In this document: in pieces, positions 29,407-38,629 of the stretch
Position numbering within the stretch: position 1 is the first letter of the stretch
How the letters are laid out: each line of letters opens with the position of its first letter
Assembly: GCA_020348985.1 (NCBI GenBank)
Contig: CP070761.1
Location: 1,112,921 to 1,176,920 of the forward strand
DNA: 64,000 nt
DNA from: Candidatus Thorarchaeota archaeon
GTDB taxonomy: Archaea; Asgardarchaeota; Thorarchaeia; Thorarchaeales; Thorarchaeaceae
Direction of reading: 5' to 3'
Position numbers and translations under genes: made by a program
Notes under the pieces: model-generated
The model's database searches: none
Told to the model about the DNA's origin: nothing
Seen by the model: only the letters and a program-made list of their open reading frames with translations

Positions 29407-30756
29407 TTGGTGAGGATAATGACAGACGATTTGGTGCCTGAAGAACTAAGAAAAGCTTACACAGACAAGGAGATACTTGCCATAGAGAAGAAGCACCTGG
29501 TGCCCGCAGTTGGGCACTACTATGAAGACCCGATTCTGTTCGTGAAAGGAAAGGGAGCAGTCCTCGAAGACAGTGCTGGAAAAGAATACATTGACTTATT
29601 CGCAGGTATCTGCACAACCATAACAGGATATTCACATCCCAAGTTTGTTGCAACGATCAAGTGGCAAGCTGAGCAGCTTGTCTACACAAGCTCACTTTAC
29701 TCAACGATTCCATACGCACTTCTCATCAAGAAACTGGCTGAGATTGCTCCGGCTGGTCTTACGCAGTCTTACATTGTGAACAGTGGATCTGAGGCAAATG
29801 AGCATGCGCTCTTCATGGCTAGGAAGTACAAGCAAAACCCCTATGTTGTCGCCTGTCACCATGCATATCATGGCAGGACTACATTGGCACGTGAGATAAC
29901 GACAGCAGGCTGGCGCACCGTACCCGAAGCACATCCTCCTGGCGTTCGTTTTGCTCCTAACGGCTACTGTTATCGCTGTCAATTTGGAAAGGAGTTCCCA
30001 GAGTGTGACTTTGAGTGTGCGCGCTACTTGCGGGAAATAATCCGGACTGAGACCAATAGGGCCATTGCAGCTTTCATCGCAGAGCCGATTCAGGGTGTTG
30101 GAGGCATAGTACAGCCTCCTTCCGATTACTTCAAGATAGTGCACGAGATTGTAAAGGACTTTGATGGCCTTTTCATATCAGATGAAGTCCAGACAGGTTT
30201 CGGGCGAACGGGCGAGAAATGGTGGGGCATTGAGCACTCTGGCGTGGAACCAGACGTCGTGACAATGGCCAAGGGCTTTGGAAGCGGCATTCCCATCGGG
30301 GGCTTCATGACTCGTCCCGAGATTGCAGAAGATTACACAATGACTGACAGCTTTGCTACTTTCGGTGGCAATCCTTTGTCGTGTGCGGCGGCATTGGCTG
30401 TCATTGAAATCATAGAGGAGAGCAACTACGTCGAGAGAGCTACCAGGAATGGGGGCCACTTCAAGAAAGAATTGGAGGCACTCAAGGAGGACCATCGCTT
30501 GATTGGTGATGTCCGCGGACAGGGCATGATGTTGGGAATAGAGCTTGTTCGAGATAGGACCACCAAGGAGCCTGCTTCTGAAGAAATGGTCAAGCTCATG
30601 GAACTCTGTAAGGAAGATGGCCTACTCATCGGTAAGGGGGGTTTTGATGGCAATGTAATCCGCCTTCAGCCACCTCTGGAGTTGACAACAGAACAGATTG
30701 ACAAAGCTTGCGAGATAATTGACAAGTCCCTTGCAGAGATTGAGAAGTCTATATGA
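29407..30756 (+). CDS. Class III (omega) aminotransferase, beta-alanine / 4-aminobutyrate type
   Basis: The ORF has the AT-III fold, including 'FISDEVQTGFGRTGEKWW' around the PLP lysine region. Confidence 0.7.
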   Translation: MVRIMTDDLVPEELRKAYTDKEILAIEKKHLVPAVGHYYEDPILFVKGKGAVLEDSAGKEYIDLFAGICTTITGYSHPKFVATIKWQAEQLVYTSSLYSTIPYALLIKKLAEIAPAGLTQSYIVNSGSEANEHALFMARKYKQNPYVVACHHAYHGRTTLAREITTAGWRTVPEAHPPGVRFAPNGYCYRCQFGKEFPECDFECARYLREIIRTETNRAIAAFIAEPIQGVGGIVQPPSDYFKIVHEIVKDFDGLFISDEVQTGFGRTGEKWWGIEHSGVEPDVVTMAKGFGSGIPIGGFMTRPEIAEDYTMTDSFATFGGNPLSCAAALAVIEIIEESNYVERATRNGGHFKKELEALKEDHRLIGDVRGQGMMLGIELVRDRTTKEPASEEMVKLMELCKEDGLLIGKGGFDGNVIRLQPPLELTTEQIDKACEIIDKSLAEIEKSI

Positions 30757-30787
30757 AAGACTTGTCAGTTGATGGATTGGCGGCCAC

Positions 30788-31114
30788 TCATATTTGGGCG
30801 GCCTTCGAAGACTGACTAGACCTCTTTCTAAGCATCTGGAAGAATGTGAGCAGTACGAAGGTAACAGCTGACCATACAAGCAAGTCCAAGAGCAACCCGA
30901 TTACCAAGAGGGTCATTGGACCAGCCCCAGGATAAACGAACTGCGCCAGCCAGGGGAATGGATATCCATACGACGACATGCCTAGCAACGTCATATTTGG
31001 CAGAAATCCCGATACCAGAGTTATTGCAGATCCCCCAAAAAGAGAGTACGCCGCTTTCCGACTGAGTGCCATGGATGGTGGCTGCGGAGTTTCACCAAAT
31101 GTCATCGCAATCAC
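30788..31114 (-). CDS. Small membrane protein
   Basis: The 108-aa ORF has two hydrophobic helices. It lies in an otherwise 490-bp gap. Confidence 0.3.
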   Translation of the reverse strand: MIAMTFGETPQPPSMALSRKAAYSLFGGSAITLVSGFLPNMTLLGMSSYGYPFPWLAQFVYPGAGPMTLLVIGLLLDLLVWSAVTFVLLTFFQMLRKRSSQSSKAAQI

Positions 31115-31246
31115 CAGAAGTTTGCTCTATTAGTTATATCAGAAACTGAACTAACTAATTTTTCGGTGCCAGGACACTCCGCAGGTCCAGTGAGACGGCA
31201 TATGGCCGTCCTGAATGGGATGGAGTCTTATTTGTGGGGCATTCGT

Positions 31247-32113
31247 CTAGAGATCAATGAGCTCATCATATGTTTCCGGTCGTCTGTCACGGTAGAATTG
31301 CCAGACATTTCGGACTTCACGAATCATATCCAGGTCGATTTCTGCAACGACCACTTCTTCCTTATCTCGAGAACCTTGAGTGACTATCTGTCCTCGTGGA
31401 TCCACTACGTAGCTTGAGCCATAGAATATCCCAGTCCCCCATGGCTCTTCACCAACTCTGTTTGTTGCACCAAGGAAGTAACCGTTTGCGACGGCATGAG
31501 CTGGTTGTTCAAGCGTCCAGAGATGTTCCGATAGGCCCGCAACGGTCGCGGACGGATTAAAGACAATCTCAGCACCATTCAGGCCCAAAGCTCGTGCCCC
31601 CTCTGGGAAGTGTCTATCATAGCAGATATACACCCCAATGTTTCCAAACTCAGTCTCAAACACTGGGTACCCAAGATTTCCGGGGCGGAAGTAGAATTTC
31701 TCCCAGAAACCGGGATCCAGATGCGGTATGTGGTTCTTTCTGTACCTTCCCAGTATAGAGCCGTCTGTCCCGAAGACTACTGCGGTATTGTAGTAGACTC
31801 CAACCTCTTCCTCCTCGTACATGGGGGCAATCAGGACCATCCCGTGCTGTTTCGCCAGTCTACCCATCCTATCAGTCAAAGGACCAGGAATAGGTTCTGC
31901 ATACTTGTACCATCGACGATCTTGCTCAGCGCAGTAGTAGGGGCCGAAGAATAGCTCTTGGAAGCAGAGAATCTGAACGTCCTGCTGTTCGGCGACTGTA
32001 GCAAAGCCCTCATGCTTCCGAATCATCTTCTCAATGTTTTCTTCAATATCCTTCTCTGTTTCAACACTGCCTTCCCATTCAGCCTGAACTAGACCTACAC
32101 GAACCTTCCTCAT
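31247..32113 (-). CDS. Beta-ureidopropionase / N-carbamoyl-amino-acid amidohydrolase (nitrilase/CN-hydrolase superfamily)
   Basis: 'MRKVRVGLVQ' at the likely true start is typical of CN-hydrolases. The Cys-Glu-Lys triad context is present. The track ORF has a spurious 27-codon N-terminal extension. Confidence 0.65.
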   Translation of the reverse strand: MRKVRVGLVQAEWEGSVETEKDIEENIEKMIRKHEGFATVAEQQDVQILCFQELFFGPYYCAEQDRRWYKYAEPIPGPLTDRMGRLAKQHGMVLIAPMYEEEEVGVYYNTAVVFGTDGSILGRYRKNHIPHLDPGFWEKFYFRPGNLGYPVFETEFGNIGVYICYDRHFPEGARALGLNGAEIVFNPSATVAGLSEHLWTLEQPAHAVANGYFLGATNRVGEEPWGTGIFYGSSYVVDPRGQIVTQGSRDKEEVVVAEIDLDMIREVRNVWQFYRDRRPETYDELIDL

Positions 32114-32233
32114 CGACTTCAACTCCGTTGAACGGTGCCTTGACCCATTTAGGAGCCGTCTATTAGGCCTTTTCCCCAGCCGCTCCCAAACCATTTATGG
32201 CAGCATTGCCTGGGGAGGAGGGAGGCCGCTCTC

Positions 32234-33625
32234 GTGACAGATTATGACATAATTATCAAGAACGGATTGGTTGTCACTGACACAGATCAGAAGGATGTTG
32301 ATGTTGCTGTCAAGGATGGTAAGATTGCAGCAGTCGAAAAGAAGCTAGACGGTGGTTCAGCAACGGATGTGATTGATGCCAAGGGAATGTACGTCTTCCC
32401 TGGCGGGATTGATGTCCACGTACACTTCCAATTGCCGTTCTCTGGAACGGTATCTGCAGACGACTTCGAGAACGGCACAAAAGCAGCAGCTTGCGGAGGC
32501 GTAACAACCGTTCTCGACTTTGCGATTCAGACGAAGGGCGAGTCAATTATGAAAGCGGTTGAAGCACGACGTGCTGAAGCAGACCCCAACGTCTGCGTTG
32601 ACTACGGACTGCACGCGGCTATTACTGATTGGAATGAGCAAACACAAGCCGAAATCAAGGAAGTAATTGATTATGGAATTCCCACTTTCAAGATGTTCAT
32701 GATCTACAAGAATGAAGGCTGGATGGCCGATGATGGAATGCTGTTCCAGGCTCTTGAAGAGACCGCGAAGCACGGGGGGCACATTGGAGTCCATGCGGAG
32801 AGTGTCTTTGTCCTTGACATGTTGATAGAAAGATATGCTCAGGAGAAGGAGAAGTGGGGAGCCTACGGTCATGCATTATCTAGACCATGCTATACTGAAG
32901 AGGAGGCCATTATTAGGGCTATCAAGTGGGCCGAAGTCACTGGAGGGCAGTTGTACATCGTCCACATGTCTACTGGCGAAGGAGCAGACGCTGTGAAGGC
33001 TGCCAGAGAAAAGGGTGTTAGAGTCTTTGCCGAGACCTGTCCTCAATACCTGCTTCTGGATGATGAGGTCTTCAAAGGTGAGAATGGTCATCTGTACGCA
33101 ACTTGTCCTCAAATCAAGAAACCTCATGATAGCGTTCGCCTTTGGGAGGGGCTCAAGAATGGAGAGGTACAGATCGTTGCGACTGATACCTGTACATTCA
33201 ACACAGAACAGAAGGCGGCTTGGAATGGCGATTTCACAAAGATTCCATTCGGAATGCCTGGCGTGGAGACAATGGTTCCACTGATGCATACGGAGGGCGT
33301 TGGCAAGCATGGCCTATCGCTGAGTCAGCTAGTGGCATTGGTAAGCACAAATCCAGCTAAGCTGTTTGGCATGTATCCCGAGAAGGGAGCCCTAGAAGTG
33401 GGCAGCGATGCGGACATAGTGGTCTTCGATCCCAAGAAGAAAGTTACAATCAAGGCTGAGAACCTTCAGACAAATTGCGACTGGAGCCCATTCGAGGACT
33501 GGAAGCTCGAGGGCTACCCGGCTACAACCATCTCGCGTGGCAAGGTTGTCGCAGAGGATGGCAAGTTTGTTGGAGAAATGGGTCACGGTCGTTTCTTGAA
33601 GAGGAAACCATACGGCAAGCTCTAG
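32234..33625 (+). CDS. Dihydropyrimidinase / D-hydantoinase (cyclic amidohydrolase)
   Basis: 'DYDIIIKNGLVV...GGIDVHVHFQLPF' is the DHPase/hydantoinase N-terminal and HxH motif. The start is GTG, preceded by a GGAGGAGGGAGG Shine-Dalgarno. Confidence 0.7.
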   Translation: MTDYDIIIKNGLVVTDTDQKDVDVAVKDGKIAAVEKKLDGGSATDVIDAKGMYVFPGGIDVHVHFQLPFSGTVSADDFENGTKAAACGGVTTVLDFAIQTKGESIMKAVEARRAEADPNVCVDYGLHAAITDWNEQTQAEIKEVIDYGIPTFKMFMIYKNEGWMADDGMLFQALEETAKHGGHIGVHAESVFVLDMLIERYAQEKEKWGAYGHALSRPCYTEEEAIIRAIKWAEVTGGQLYIVHMSTGEGADAVKAAREKGVRVFAETCPQYLLLDDEVFKGENGHLYATCPQIKKPHDSVRLWEGLKNGEVQIVATDTCTFNTEQKAAWNGDFTKIPFGMPGVETMVPLMHTEGVGKHGLSLSQLVALVSTNPAKLFGMYPEKGALEVGSDADIVVFDPKKKVTIKAENLQTNCDWSPFEDWKLEGYPATTISRGKVVAEDGKFVGEMGHGRFLKRKPYGKL

Positions 33626-33626
33626 G

Positions 33627-34136
33627 TCAATCTTCTTCGCCAATGTCCTCGTTCCACAGCGTAGGATTGGCTTCAATGAAGTCGGTCATCATCTTAATGC
33701 ACTCTTTGTCCTGAAGTATGACTAGTTCGACTCCACGGTTACGAACGAAGTCCTCAGGACCTTGGAAGGTCATGTTTTCGCCAACCACGACTTTGCGGAT
33801 CCCATAGAGGAGGACTGCTCCGCTACACATGTCACACGGCGACAGCGTGGAGTAAAGTGTGGCTCTTTGATACTCTGAAGCCGTCAAACGGCCGGCATTT
33901 TCCAGAGCGTCCATCTCTGCATGAAGAATAACGCTACCCTTCTGTATTCTTTGGTTATGGCCGCGGCCTACAATCTTCCCATCAATAACAAGAACCGATC
34001 CTATTGGAATGCCCCCATCTTCGAGTCCTTTCTTCGCTTCAGCAATTGCTGCTGCCATGTAGAACCGAGTCTTGGCTTCTGGTGAGGATATCCTCAACGG
34101 TTCCTTCTTCGGCATTACGTTTCCCTCCAACAACAT
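33627..34136 (-). CDS. CDA-fold zinc deaminase (cytosine / nucleoside deaminase-like)
   Basis: The ORF carries 'HAEMDALENAG' and 'SPCDMCSGAVLLYGI', the H(A/C)E...PCxxC zinc-binding motifs. Confidence 0.6.
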   Translation of the reverse strand: MLLEGNVMPKKEPLRISSPEAKTRFYMAAAIAEAKKGLEDGGIPIGSVLVIDGKIVGRGHNQRIQKGSVILHAEMDALENAGRLTASEYQRATLYSTLSPCDMCSGAVLLYGIRKVVVGENMTFQGPEDFVRNRGVELVILQDKECIKMMTDFIEANPTLWNEDIGEED

Positions 34137-34244
34137 ACACAGTGGAACATTCTCTGGCCAACTACCCGCATTTCAGTTTATTCACTGGTATAGGTTCTGA
34201 CTGGAGAATTGTGGACTCCCGAGGCAGTCGTGAATCATTCTCCG

Positions 34245-35525
34245 CTAGTCGTAGCCAAGAGGGGGAACTCTGGCCAGCCAATTCATGAAATAGGCGATGG
34301 CGACTGAAACAACAAGACCGATTGTAGCTGTAATCAGCAGATCAATCCAGCTTGGGATTGCACCGCTCAGAATCTGCATCCAGCTCCAGTAGGTCCCTGA
34401 CAAGGTCATTCCTGCGAATGCGACCTTCATGAGGGGAACCTTGACGCTCTTGGTCTGGAAGATTCCCATATCGGTCATAGCAGCTGCAAGGGCTCCACCC
34501 TTGTTCGGCTTGAGCTTCAACTTCTTGGAGAACTTCCCAACTGGCATCTTGGACTTGGGTCTCATTACTTTCATTGCTTTTGGCGCATAGTCTGCTATGT
34601 CCTGTGAGAAATATGCGACTGCGGCAGAACTTTCGATTTTGCATTTCGAACAGTTTGGAGCGTCGACCTTCCACTTCTTGCCGCACTTGGGACAACGTTT
34701 TCCGTCCCAGGCCTTCCCGGCCGCTTCAGAGACTCTTCGTTTGAGCTCTTCTTTGTCTACGCTCTCTTGGTCCTTCTTCCTCCTGGGCCTCCTTCTGAGA
34801 ACTACCGCTCTTGGGAATATGCCAACATCTGAGCCTCGCTTCGCGCCCCTCATTTTGCGCGCGGCAAGTATTCCCTGCTGGAAATCATCCATAGCCATCA
34901 AGAGACCGAAGACTGACATCACGGTGAAACCAAGAGTGATGAGCCCGGTCACAGACATGATTGCGGCGGGACCTGTGGGACCGACTTGGAGTACAAAGTC
35001 CTCAGTCACCGTAACGTTTGTGTCTGGGTCTGTCAAGAGCGAGTAAGTGAAGGAGAAGACTCCTGTGACAGTACCTGAGAACAGACTTAGACCGCCAACC
35101 CCCAGTATTGTCCCGATGTCCAGCGATTCGTTAAGCAGGTCGGCGCTGAAACCTGAGGGGAGGAAGGTATTGATGTCAAACGGCTGATTGATGATTGGAA
35201 TGGATAAGTATGACATCGTAAATAGTCCTGAGTGAAGCGTAAGGTTCTCTATGACATTTATGCTCAGTTCAATTGCTAGTGCCGTACTAAGATCAACCGG
35301 GATTGGACTGCTCAAATTGGAATGGTAAGCGGAGACATTATTTACTTCAACTAAGAAATGGAAGTTGTCATCTCCACTCCAACCTGTAGGCGGCAAAGAC
35401 TGTACTGGCACCAAGATAAATGACCAAAGTAGACCCGTAATCATCAGAAGTGATAGTAGCTCTGGTAGCGACCGTTTCATCTTGTGGCGACTCTCCCGTT
35501 TGGAGCGTTCATTGAACTGAAGCAT
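34245..35525 (-). CDS. Membrane protein with an extracellular domain and a cytoplasmic zinc-ribbon
   Basis: The protein has a signal peptide, then a TM, then a basic cytoplasmic segment with 'CPKCGKKWKVDAPNCSKC', then C-terminal TM helices. Confidence 0.4.
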   Translation of the reverse strand: MLQFNERSKRESRHKMKRSLPELLSLLMITGLLWSFILVPVQSLPPTGWSGDDNFHFLVEVNNVSAYHSNLSSPIPVDLSTALAIELSINVIENLTLHSGLFTMSYLSIPIINQPFDINTFLPSGFSADLLNESLDIGTILGVGGLSLFSGTVTGVFSFTYSLLTDPDTNVTVTEDFVLQVGPTGPAAIMSVTGLITLGFTVMSVFGLLMAMDDFQQGILAARKMRGAKRGSDVGIFPRAVVLRRRPRRKKDQESVDKEELKRRVSEAAGKAWDGKRCPKCGKKWKVDAPNCSKCKIESSAAVAYFSQDIADYAPKAMKVMRPKSKMPVGKFSKKLKLKPNKGGALAAAMTDMGIFQTKSVKVPLMKVAFAGMTLSGTYWSWMQILSGAIPSWIDLLITATIGLVVSVAIAYFMNWLARVPPLGYD

Positions 35526-35593
35526 ACCTATCCGCGCTTAATAATCAGTCTGGCATGTTCTCGACTTGAAGAAGACAAAAAACTTCCCGGTTT

Positions 35594-35914
35594 CTAATTT
35601 GATCCCTTGAAGGCTTCCTCTATCTGTCTATCGAACTCCTCATCGTCTTCGTCAGGATCGTAGATGATATGACTCTTCATCTTCGCCTCTACTGGGGTTT
35701 GCCAGTTTGTTGAGGCGCCGAAGCCAATGCCTCCAACCATGAAAAGCACGTTAAGAATGGCGAAGAGGGACGTTGCTTCGATAATGCCCATGTTTGCAAT
35801 AAGCAGGTAGATTATGAGCCCTCCAAGAACACCCATTATGAGGCCTAGTCCAATGCGGTCTGCAATCCGGAGGCTCTTCTGTCCGCCCAAGACTCTGCCC
35901 AGCATGAAACCCAA
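35594..35914 (-). CDS. Small Gly-rich membrane protein
   Basis: The 106-aa ORF has glycine-zipper-like TM segments and an acidic C-terminus. Confidence 0.35.
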   Translation of the reverse strand: MGFMLGRVLGGQKSLRIADRIGLGLIMGVLGGLIIYLLIANMGIIEATSLFAILNVLFMVGGIGFGASTNWQTPVEAKMKSHIIYDPDEDDEEFDRQIEEAFKGSN

Positions 35915-36051
35915 GAAGGCAGCTGGAATAGCGAATAGAAGGTCAAGATAGGATGTCAGGAACTGCAGCGCGGAAGCCTCCTGATGGATTCCCCTTCCGA
36001 AGGACGATTGATAATCCTTCGCATTTACGCCCCTAGTCTACTAATTGAGGT

Positions 36052-36621
36052 CTACAGCTGCCATCGGTCCCAATGGACTACTTCTTCGAAAGGTCTTCTC
36101 GGGGAACGGATTTGCTCCTGTGCCAGGTGCTTCTCACTCAGATGTGATGCATCTCCTTCAAAGCCAAAGAATACAACAGCTGCAATTCGGTATTCTTCCG
36201 GCAGTCCTATTACTTCTCCTAGAACTTCTTCCCTCCATCCTGCTGTGGGATGTGCTATCAAGCCAAGATGTACTCCTTGTAGAAGCATGTTCTCCACTGC
36301 GAGACCGACATCCATCATGAAATACGGTAGCTTGTGTGCCGGACATCCCCCATCAGGCCTTGCGGCAACGATAATCATAACTGGTGCTCTCGCTGCCCAG
36401 TAGTTTCCTCTGCTCATGCCTTCATTCGCTTTCTCTCGGACGGCAGGGTCTCTGATAACAATGAAATTCCAAGCTTGCGCATTTCCACAAGATGGCGCCC
36501 TTCGACCAGCCTCCAGTATCGAATTGATCATTTCATCTGATACAGGCTTGTCGGGGTCATAGGCTCTTCCACTTCTACGCTCTTCTATTTCCCTTAGAAT
36601 CGTATGAATCCCCTCCAACAA
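36052..36621 (-). CDS. Nitroreductase-family FMN oxidoreductase
   Basis: 'ILEAGRRAPSCGNAQAWNFIVI' is the canonical nitroreductase motif. Confidence 0.65.
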   Translation of the reverse strand: MLEGIHTILREIEERRSGRAYDPDKPVSDEMINSILEAGRRAPSCGNAQAWNFIVIRDPAVREKANEGMSRGNYWAARAPVMIIVAARPDGGCPAHKLPYFMMDVGLAVENMLLQGVHLGLIAHPTAGWREEVLGEVIGLPEEYRIAAVVFFGFEGDASHLSEKHLAQEQIRSPRRPFEEVVHWDRWQL

Positions 36622-36630
36622 TCAAAGATG

Positions 36631-36813
36631 CTACTCTGCAAGCTTCATCTTCTTTCCATGATGCTCAGGAATTGGGTGGACTCCACAGTTTGGTCCCATC
36701 CAGCAGTGTAGCTCATCTCCGGCTTGATGCATTTCCTGGCCGCAGTGCATCGGCACTGGTTCCTCATATCCACACTCTTCACATACAAGTTTAGCCATGT
36801 CTTCTCCTCCCAT
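36631..36813 (-). CDS. Small Cys/His-rich metal-binding protein
   Basis: The 60-aa ORF has CEECG...HCGQEMH...HCW...NCGVH spacing. It lies 9 bp upstream of the nitroreductase gene. Confidence 0.3.
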   Translation of the reverse strand: MGGEDMAKLVCEECGYEEPVPMHCGQEMHQAGDELHCWMGPNCGVHPIPEHHGKKMKLAE

Positions 36814-36891
36814 GCTGCTCTTGGTTCACAGCGTTAATTGTGTGTTAACGATGATTAACCCTTTATGAATTTGCGCCTATGGCAACTAGCA

Positions 36892-38157
36892 CTAGTCGCT
36901 CTTCGGATAGTACTTCGCCGGATCCTCAGAGTAGACTTTCTCTATAGTCTTATGTGCTCCAGGTGTGTCCAATTCCACATCGCGCTTCAGGGAGCGATCT
37001 TCACCAAGAACTTCCTTGAAGATTTCATTCTGGATTATCAGCCGCTGTACTTCATTGCTGCCGGTCCAGATTGTTGACAGACGTGCATCGCGATATAGTC
37101 GTTCGATTGGATAGACGTCGGTGTATCCAATCCCCCCTAGAATCTGCATTGACTCGTGTACCGACTTGAAACCTGCTTCAGTACCATATGCCTTTGCCAT
37201 GGAGACTTCTTTCCTGCACCATGTCCCAGTATCAGCCACCTTAGCAGCTCGATACACCAGACCCCTCGCAGCATCCAACTCCATTTGACAGTCGGCTACC
37301 TTGAAGCTGATTCCTTCGAATCTACGGATGGGTCTGCCAAAAGCTTCCCTCTTGTCAGCGTATCTTATTGCTATATCCAGTGCCACTTGACCCATTCCAA
37401 TGCATCCTGCAGCAGAAGTCAAGCGTTCCGGAACCATCATTGCATTGAAGACATCATTTCCTCCATGAAGCTTGCCGAGAAGGTTTGACTCTGGAATTTC
37501 AGTGTTTTCCATTACGATTCTTGCGGCCCCCATTCCACGACAGCCCAACAATTCATACTCTTCCTCAACACGGACTCCGTGGTCTCTGTCTACGAGGAAT
37601 GCACTAAGTGATTCGTGAGGCTTGGCGTCGAAGCTAGTCTTGGCATAGACGAGAAAGTAGTCGGCACCCACACCGCCTGCTACGAAACGCTTCTCACCAT
37701 TTAGAATGTAACTGTCGCCTTCTTTGATTGCAGTGGTGATTGTGCCAAAGAAATCCGATCCGCTGCGAGGCTCGGTAAGACCCTCGCCGCCTATTTTCTC
37801 TCCTTTTAGAGTTGACAGGAGATAGTTTCGCTTTTGCTCTTCTGTGCCAAACTTCTCTATTCCCTCTCCGACGATGCTGGGTAGTGAATATGCACAGCCA
37901 AGTGCGATACCCAGAACACCGATTTCCTCTATGGCCGCCATCTCTGAAACCCATCCCAGGCCACGCCCACCATACTTCTTCGGAAACCTGAGTCCCAGCA
38001 GATTCTCGGCACTTGCGGATTTCACAAACTCATACGGATACTCCTTTTCCCTCGAGTCCATCTTGAGAATGAGATTACGGTCAACTTTGTCCCGGACAAA
38101 CGCACGTACCTCGTCTCGAATCTTCTTCTCCTCCTCGCTTAGTAGAATCTCGAACAT
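36892..38157 (-). CDS. Acyl-CoA dehydrogenase
   Basis: The C-terminus carries the ACAD motif 'GGIGYTDVYPIERLYRDARLSTIWTGSNEVQR'. Confidence 0.7.
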   Translation of the reverse strand: MFEILLSEEEKKIRDEVRAFVRDKVDRNLILKMDSREKEYPYEFVKSASAENLLGLRFPKKYGGRGLGWVSEMAAIEEIGVLGIALGCAYSLPSIVGEGIEKFGTEEQKRNYLLSTLKGEKIGGEGLTEPRSGSDFFGTITTAIKEGDSYILNGEKRFVAGGVGADYFLVYAKTSFDAKPHESLSAFLVDRDHGVRVEEEYELLGCRGMGAARIVMENTEIPESNLLGKLHGGNDVFNAMMVPERLTSAAGCIGMGQVALDIAIRYADKREAFGRPIRRFEGISFKVADCQMELDAARGLVYRAAKVADTGTWCRKEVSMAKAYGTEAGFKSVHESMQILGGIGYTDVYPIERLYRDARLSTIWTGSNEVQRLIIQNEIFKEVLGEDRSLKRDVELDTPGAHKTIEKVYSEDPAKYYPKSD

Positions 38158-38180
38158 TGTCTAACCTCTTTTCCATCTGA

Positions 38181-38573
38181 TTACTCGCTTCGTAATAAAG
38201 AATCCAGGGTTTCTTGTGAGCCGCCATCTCGAGATACTAGGATAGCCTCAGTAGGACATACTAACTCGCAAACCATGCAGAATATGCAGTCTCTCTCGCC
38301 TGATGGATCAACAACCTCAGTTTCGAGGTCTGAGACCCATTTGGTGAACACAATCGTCGGGCATGCATCTACGCACTTCATGCATCCTACGCATGATTCA
38401 ATGTGTACAGCAACAAGCTCTCCGTGAATCGTCCCGTCGTGCTCACTTTCAGACTTCCAGACCGAGTGTCCTTCATGGCTGCCTCTCTTGGACCATCTAG
38501 ATCTGAAATGCTTGTCAATTGGCACAAGTCCTGAAGGTGCTCTGTCCTTAAAGAGTGTCACCACAGGATGCAC
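38181..38573 (-). CDS. 4Fe-4S ferredoxin-domain protein
   Basis: The ORF has 'CVGCMKCVDACP' and 'CIFCMVCELVCP' cluster motifs. Confidence 0.55.
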   Translation of the reverse strand: MHPVVTLFKDRAPSGLVPIDKHFRSRWSKRGSHEGHSVWKSESEHDGTIHGELVAVHIESCVGCMKCVDACPTIVFTKWVSDLETEVVDPSGERDCIFCMVCELVCPTEAILVSRDGGSQETLDSLLRSE

Positions 38574-38629
38574 CTAGTTAATTGCTTCAACCGCTCGGCA
38601 TTTTATGGTGTTCTTGAAAGGCACCGTAG

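Noticed and set aside
32114-32194. N-terminal 27-codon extension of the beta-ureidopropionase ORF
   Set aside because: The extension has no homology-like content. The conserved CN-hydrolase start 'MRKVRVGLVQ' begins at the internal Met, so the true start was moved to 32113.
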